From: Amoebidium appalachense | Lineage: Eukaryota > Protista > Ichthyosporea | Length of the DNA stretch: 64,000 nt | Reading direction: 5' to 3' | Assembly (NCBI GenBank): GCA_963693365.1 | Contig: CAVNZM010000008.1 | Location: forward strand, 10,193,172-10,257,171 | Part shown: one piece after another, positions 53,368 to 64,000 of the stretch | Layout of the letters: the number at the start of each line of letters is the position of its first letter | Position numbering within the stretch: the stretch's first letter is position 1 | Program-made: the position numbers and the translations under genes | The notes under the pieces: model-generated | What the model was told of the DNA's origin: nothing | The model's database searches: none | The model's input: the letters and a program-made list of their open reading frames with translations, nothing else

Positions 53368-54465
53368 CCCCCCCCTCCCCCAGTCTCTCTCTCCCTCTCC
53401 CCTTTTAGACCTTCTTTCCCTTCGTGCTTCGAATTCACATACAACACCAACCACAAACGTGCGCAAACATGTACACATGTGCACACGCGCACGAACCAGA
53501 TACACACACACACACACACACACACACACCCGATGGCCCATTCACGCGCTCAGAGGCTAAGTTAGCACTTCGAGTCTTGATGGGGCCCCTTGAATGGCGA
53601 TGCCCTAAAGAGGCAGCACCATATATGGGCATAACCAATCATTCTGCTCTGTGACCCATTGGCGGCAGAATATGAGTGGAGTTCATGTCGAAGTCTTATT
53701 GATTATAGAGTAGAGCTCATTGTCGTTAAGGGCCCTTAAGGAACAAGGTTCAAAACAGACTATGTATGCTGTCAGACTACCTAAACTTAGCCGCCGCCGG
53801 CTGAAATCGCTATGGCATGTGACTGTTGTGTCTCTTGTGTGTATACGTGTGTTATAGTGAGTTCTTTGAACGGAATTATAGGGGAAAAGGCAACACGACA
53901 CCAACACTGGGGGATATATCACTGGAACTCACTCTTTTCCCTAACCCTTTAATATATCGGCTCTCTGGGGAAGCCTCGCATCACCCTGATAACCTTAAGG
54001 GCTAAGTGTTCAAAAATCAAATTTCCTATGATTCTCCTATAAGAGTTTTCAATTTCCATATTAAACATGATCGTTCCCCACAAACTCTAGGGAGTTAGAT
54101 GAGGTATGGGAGAACGGTGGACCGTTGCGCCCGATCGACTGCAGCGTTCAGTCTATTGGTGGACGATATAACAGACCAATCAAAACTCTGACCATATATG
54201 GTCTGTGGGTTTTACTTTTTTGGACATTTATTCGTTAAATGAGGGCTTTTAGTTTGCTGCAAACCGGTGATCCAGGGGGACGGCGGGAGACTAACGAATA
54301 CAATTTGAAATCCGGCATAATAAAATTTGGAATTACTCGGAGAACGTTTGTGATTGTGAATATGTAAAAAGATTGTGTCACATGCCCCTCCCCCCCCCCC
54401 CCCCCCCCCCCCCCCCGGCCTCCCCGGCCCCCCCCCCCCCCCCCCCCCTCCCCCCCCCCCCCCCG

Positions 54466-54506
<41 letters not shown>

Positions 54507-55299
54507 AACACCTTTCCCTCGTCCGCTTCTCCGATCAAGAAAAATGTGTGCGTGCGCATACAACCTGTGGAATTCGAACTCATCTGAACGAATTTATGTC
54601 CCATACAAATTCGAATTCAATGGCGTAACTCACTGGATTTTCACTGAAATCTCGAATTCTGAACCCCCACTAGCATACATAGTTGCCTAACACATCCCAG
54701 TGAAAATACTCATTGTGAATTGCAAACGGGTGCTATCAGCATGTTTATAGTAATGTGATGAGCAGTGATCGATCTATTATGTGCACGTGTGTGTGTGTGC
54801 CCGCGTTTGTGCATGTGTGTGCGTGCGCACGTGTGATTAAAATATATATATTTAGTGCACACCATGATTTCCATCCAACCGTAGAAGGTTGTTTGACGAG
54901 CCAAAGTTAACCAATCAGCATGTCCCGTACGCTGTCCACACGCAACCGGCGAATTCCAAACACACGTGTTTTTAGTGCAATGCATGATGTGCATTTAGTT
55001 TCGGAAAAGGTTCAAAAAAGACTATGTAACACTGTCAGGCTAGGCTGAATGTAGCCGCTGTTGGCTGTCGGCTGAAATCGATATATGGCATGTGACGTCA
55101 ACCTGGGGTTTACGCTGTTTACTCGAGGCAAAGAGAACCAGTCTCAGGTATGGGGGGGGGGGTTTTGCTCGGAATATCCCCTCAGCGGTATATCATGATC
55201 ACGTACATAGATGTCGGGTGGTGACTATATATCAGGGTTTACTTTCTCTACGAGACACCATAAAGACTACAAGGAGAAATCAATTAGTTGGGGTTCCCC

Positions 55300-55300
<1 letters not shown>

Positions 55301-55349
<49 letters not shown>

Positions 55350-55381
55350 GGGCTCCCCTCGGGACACTCGGTATCAGCTGG

Positions 55382-55438
<57 letters not shown>

Positions 55439-56028
55439 TGTGTGTGTGTGCGCGTGCGCTATAATTTTGTAGTGATGTGTTTCTCAAGCCAATCAATACA
55501 TCTAATAAACAGGTCGTAGTTACGCGTGTTTAGTATAAAATCAAGGATGTTGTAATTTACAGGTAGGCTATCTTTCTGGGTGTCTGTTGTGAATGTGACG
55601 TGTGTGTGTTGCGGTATTATGTGGTCTATCAAACTACATTTGGCGATACATGACCGGTTAAACTGGTGTGTGTGTGTGTTGTTTGGGCATGCAAATGATG
55701 CCACCTTATACTTATTAGATCTCCACTGTATAGCACGTGTACAGTAAAAGCGTGGTAATTGATCAATAATACCATCAGCTAGAGAAAGACCAGTTCTACA
55801 GGAAGGTAATATGTATTTAGGTGTTATACACTTGCGAGTGCCATATTTGGCAATATGGTTGAGGCGGTCAGTATATATAAAACGAGACATAAGGCTTAGT
55901 TTTTCAAGGTGTATGCTTTCATCGGGTCTAGTGTCGTGTGGTATCTTTTTCCATTTGTTATATTGCGTGATTATCTTGTGATTGTGTACATGTTTAATAA
56001 GTAAGTGGCAGTCCAAAGTCACACACAC
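55301..56028 (-). mobile_element. Probable 5'-truncated non-LTR retrotransposon remnant (ORF2 C-terminus plus poly-A)
   Basis: ORF 55459..56028 has D..LP....R.I.WR......CP......F.R.....C...ILDFILN, resembling C-termini of fungal-type LINE ORFs; A45 on the minus strand about 110 bp after the stop. Confidence 0.45.
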
Positions 56029-56481
56029 ACTATTGCGGGGTTTATTTGTATTTGTGCCCAGGGGAGAAGGGGAGAGAGAGGGGAGTCAACCTGAGATACA
56101 GCTTCCATATATGGAGATATCTAAGTGTGACGTCATTTCAGATCGAGATTTTTGTACCGCAAGAAGCCCGGTCGGAATAGCCTTTTTATTATCATTTATA
56201 GCCAAAAAAAACTATAATGGAGGACAAATAGCCAATCATTCTTTGTAGCCAATGAAAATGTGCGTTGACGCATCACTGGAGAGGAAGGCAAAACAATGCA
56301 TGATGAGCCTGAGTCCCAACAAGTTAGTAACTATACTCAGGTAAAGACCAATGCCTTCGTGGTATATAGTAAACCTTTGTAATAACATAAAACTATATAA
56401 CCTGCTATCTACATAAAAGGCTTGCGAAAATGCAGCGAGATACTGGCAGAATAGTATCACTAAAACCGCTGAACGGTGCGC

Positions 56482-56518
<37 letters not shown>

Positions 56519-56705
56519 ACAAAAAAAACCCACCGCTTCTGATTGGTCCTCAATCGCAAAGACTCTAATTCCGACCATCAATGCCAAGTATATAGACGCG
56601 CACATAAACCGCACAAAATCCAAATTCAACACGGTGAACAACTCAGAAACATTTTGGCTTCGAGCTTCTCTCTCTCCTTTCTTCCACACCACACATACCT
56701 TCAAA

Positions 56706-59458
<2,753 letters not shown>

Positions 59459-60431
59459 GTGTCCACGTGTGTGTGCATACAGAAAAAAATTACAATTTTA
59501 TGTTATTGTTTTTTTGTTTTCTTGTGTTCTTGTATACTATTTGTGGCTAAAAATCCAACTTTGCTCAAGCACAGCCGGTTTTAGGTGGGGCCCAGGAGCC
59601 GCGAGACTCTTAGTCTGTGATGCGAACTTCAAGACTGTGCTCGTGTTTAACAGCCTGAAACATGTAAATATCTTTTACAGTAGGGATTGCACGTGTGTTA
59701 GATATTTGCATCTGTATATCGTGTACATATCACGTGGGAGAGTGTATATTAGTGGTTGTCCTGTGCCGCGCACATGGTTGTGCAATGTGTGCAAATCATA
59801 TGGGAGCTTGTGGCCAACCGTTTTATATTCGTGTGGCCGTAGGTCTGAATACAGCCGAAATAAACTAAACTCACATCACTTAATTAGGTACAAGTCTCCG
59901 ACTCGTCTTCTTTAGTCATCCCTCCCCCCCCCCCCCCCCCCCTCCCCCCCCTTCTCCCCGGGCCTTGCCCCCCCCCCCCCTGACACCCCCTTTCTCCCCT
60001 TCTCCCCCTCCACATCTCCAACCCCCCCCCCCCCCCCCCGATGCGGCATCGGGTGCGTGTTCTCCGATTCCGCGCTATTTGTACTGAATATATCTCTCCC
60101 TCCCCCCCCTCCCCCCTCCCCCCTCCGCCCGCCCCCCGCTCCTCGTACTCCTATGTACTTCTGTGCTTGCTTCAAGGCTTTCGATAAGGACTCAGAGTAC
60201 TCCTCCCTCCCTCCCTCACCCCCCCCCCCCCCCCCCCCCCCCCCCTGCCCCACGCACACGCACCTTGATAATGCCCTACCCTACTGGCCCAGGACGTTCC
60301 ATTTGTGCGACAACCAATCGCAAATTGGATGTTTACGTGTACATGCGCACACGAAACTTCACACTTGCGTCGAGGACAGATCTGAGCACAACGTAGCCAT
60401 ATATAATGCTGAGTGCAACATACGGACGAAT

Positions 60432-60502
<71 letters not shown>

Positions 60503-62095
60503 CACACGTGCGCTGGTGGCAGTTGTAGTGTTCTGCCCGGCCTGGAGCAAAACTTGGATTTATTCTCAACCCACCCGGCCTCAGAGCAAAATCATGCGTG
60601 TTTGCCTCATTAACCCCTCCCCCCCCCCCCCCCCTCCCTCCCCTCCCCCCTCCCCCTCCCCCCTCCCCCCCCCCTCCCTCCCTCCCCTCCCCCCCCCCCC
60701 CCCCCCCCCCCCCCACACACACACATATACACACACACAAACACACCACACTGTCGGAGGTTCCTTAAGTTTGAAATTCCCTGAACCTTTGCCCCGCTCA
60801 ATGCCCCATAATTGAAAGGGCTTTGTAAAAGAATATAAAAAAGCAAGTGCTGTTTCACAGAGTTTCATAATAATATTCCTCTTCCATTATTTCCCTTCTA
60901 CTGCCGTGTATCTGTGTGTGTTCCCTATTCTAGATAACTTCTTCTCCGGGGTACCCCTTCTTCCCCCTCCTCCCCCCCCCCCCCCCCCCCCCCCCGCCTC
61001 CTCGAAGTTCCCCGTTCCTATATAAAGTGTGGCATCATACTCGATCAACCTCAAAGACTTTCCTCTTGCAATCCACCTTCGCTGAATTATTTGATCTGTC
61101 GCGGTCACTATCCTTAATCACCGAAGTCTTGAATTTTTATTTTTCAAGGCTTTTGGATGTCATGCCAATGGCGTACATTTGTGCTTTCGTGCACTGTTTC
61201 CGACTCTTCGAATTGGAACTACCCCCCCCCCTCCCCCCCCCTCCCCCCCCCCCCCCCCCCCTCCCCCCCCCCCCCCCCTCCCCCCCCCCCCCCCCCCCCC
61301 CCCGGTGGAAAGCGGAGGAGGGTTTGAGGTCTTTGGGGTCTTGAGGGGAGGACCCGAGGGCGGGGTGGGAAGGTGGGGAAGGGGGGTGGGGAGAGGAGGA
61401 GGGGGACAGGGAAAAAGGAGGGGGGGGGGCACCGCCCGTGGTCTTGTGCTGCTTGCGGAATACCGTTGTCAAAAGTTGTTCGTACTTTTTCCATGATCCT
61501 TGCACGTCAAAGTATCTCTAGCGTCCAATCCCACCCCCCGGTGCAGAGCTTTGTCTAGGTGGGTTTTGTGTGCATGTGTACTGAGGACGTTCGAACTCGG
61601 TATTTTACAAACAAAATCTGGGCGGTATGGCCGGAGTAAGCAACTAAAAAAGTAGGAATATCGCAATCCCAAAAAAATTGTATGGACCAATACTTTGCAC
61701 CGATTAGCCAAATATCAATATATATGTAGATTTGGGCGTGAAGTGTTGGCGTACAGGTATATGTGGGTGGGTTTGTTTTCGATCCGAAATAATATATATG
61801 GCGCCATTGATTGATGGGCTGCCTCTGCTTGTGTTTAACCTAATTCTGGTCTCTTATATGTACGTACGTATATGCGCATACCAGGTAAGCGGCATCCCAG
61901 GATTTACCGTCCCCTGAAGCTCACGGCCCAGATGTCACCCATCTACAAACTAGCTTTACACCCTTGTATCCCCCTCCCCCCTCCCCCTCCCCCCATCCCC
62001 CTCAACCCCCCCCCCCCCCCCCCCTCCCTCCACCTCTCCCGCCCCCAACACACACACACACACATACACACTCGCGTGCACACGGGATGGGGCGC

Positions 62096-62241
<146 letters not shown>

Positions 62242-63039
62242 GGAATATGGTGATTTACGGGAGGAGCAGAGTGCGCAAATGGGTGTTGTGATGTACACAA
62301 CACGAAGACACACACGAAATATATAGAGAGAGAAGGAGAGTTGGCCGCCCTCTGCGGTCTTTACACAACTCCCTTCAGTCCCTTGATTTATTCTCGAGGA
62401 GTCGTCATTTTTATACTCCGAGATTGCGTGCTGATAACTGGAATGTATACGTTAATCCAATCAAATGAACGAAAATAATGAGGGCAAATAAATCTAAATA
62501 CCTGTTAGCGCATAGACGATAAAACGCGATCTTCTAACCGAAGCATGGAAACATTTAATGAAGCTAAATAAATGAAACAATTTATATTTATATTAGTTTA
62601 CATCATATATCTATACATGTTTCTAACATAAGCACGTCTAAATATAGGTATTCCTAATAGCTAGGACACACGGGACAAAACTACTTCGTGGGAGAGGAAG
62701 GGAATGGAATGAGGATAGAAACGAATGGAATGAGAAAAGAACCGAATGGAATACAGGAGGAATGTACGTTTCTATATTTGGGGAATTTGAACAAGATCTG
62801 ATTGGACACGTACGCACCATGCAAATTTAGTATTGGAGAGGGGTAAAATGACGCAAACAACATATCGCGTACGTAGGCCAGGTGGCTCGGCGTGTGTACA
62901 CATGTACATCGGATCAAACGATATCTGTGCACATGGAAAGAACACGGAAAGGAAAGGAAAGGAACAACAACAAACTAAATAAACATAATTATAACTCAAC
63001 TTCTAATTCTTATTGCAGCTGACGTGTTGACGTAAGCTG

Positions 63040-63074
<35 letters not shown>

Positions 63075-63795
63075 CCCATCTCCACCCCCACCCCCCCGCA
63101 CACCCCCACCCCCCCACACACCCCCACACACACCGCTGCCGTTCCCCTTCCCCTAATGTATCTCTCCCAGGAAGACGCCATACCTACTATTAGGCTTTCA
63201 AAATGGAACAATTATTTATATTAATATCGGAGCCACCCAATGATATAAAAATCACATGGTGTCCAATGGATACATTTCTTGTTACTTTAATTTGCGGGCT
63301 ATGTAACAGCAGGCATACCACAGGTGAAATTACATAAGGTGGGAGTTTCAGTGTTGCACACATGGAAAATTTAAGTTTTGGGGTGATCTTAGTATGATGT
63401 TCTTACTAATAGATATCCGTGCCTAAGTTTTTTTTTTGTAATACGGAAGGATTTGAATGACATTGGCCATTGAATGTCATAGCAAATATCACAACCGATT
63501 CACAGATTTTGCAGTGTGTTAATTACAGATAGCCTAGCTGAATGACCAAAGAAGCCTTGGGGACTCTCTAAATGCAAGAACACGCACTTAGTAATAATAT
63601 ACATACACATGCAGGTGATATGGTTTAAAGAAACATACACACCTGGTTACGACATTTTCGAGACAATTAAGATCGTACAAATCTGTATTCGCCTATCAAC
63701 TATCACCTCTAAGCGTCTAAGTGTCGGGCACGCAGGGCTCTAATTGGACAGTGCATAGGAGTGCATCATTTCAGAGTGTTCATGTGTGTGTTCGT

Positions 63796-63839
<44 letters not shown>

Positions 63840-63871
63840 GCGTGTGTCTGTGTCTGTGTGTGTGTGTGTGT

Positions 63872-63980
<109 letters not shown>

Positions 63981-64000
63981 ACGCGCGAGTGTGTGTGTGT

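Noticed and set aside
60160-61560. Possible minus-strand exons of a further gene
   Set aside because: No consistent reading frame or recognisable protein motif.
62696-62765. GGAAT-like pentamer run suggesting satellite DNA
   Set aside because: Too short and degenerate to call.

Overview
Eukaryotic genomic DNA made of two very different compartments. Positions 1 to about 20,370 are the end of an intronless, gene-dense, CpG-rich endogenous large-DNA-virus-like element (Nucleocytoviricota-type gene set). It carries two SF3/D5-like helicase paralogs (one missed by the ORF track because it runs off the window), a stand-alone copy of the helicase C-terminal domain, patatin phospholipase, a C2H2 zinc-finger protein, a T5orf172/GIY-YIG-like protein, a YqaJ exonuclease, a DUF5760-like protein and several orphans. 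The element ends in 134-bp and 33-bp tandem arrays followed by a 349-bp palindrome (174-bp arms, 1-nt loop) right at the virus/host boundary, which may be the opened hairpin end of a linear genome. From about 20.4 kb to 64 kb is host DNA with microsatellite-packed introns. I reconstructed four spliced genes by hand: an M14 carboxypeptidase (+), a PAP2 lipid phosphate phosphatase (-), an OTUD6-like deubiquitinase (+, 11 exons) and a glutathione S-transferase (+, 3 exons), plus a probable LINE 3' remnant. Most long ORFs in the track beyond 20 kb are microsatellite artefacts. Family assignments come from motif recognition only; no database search was run.
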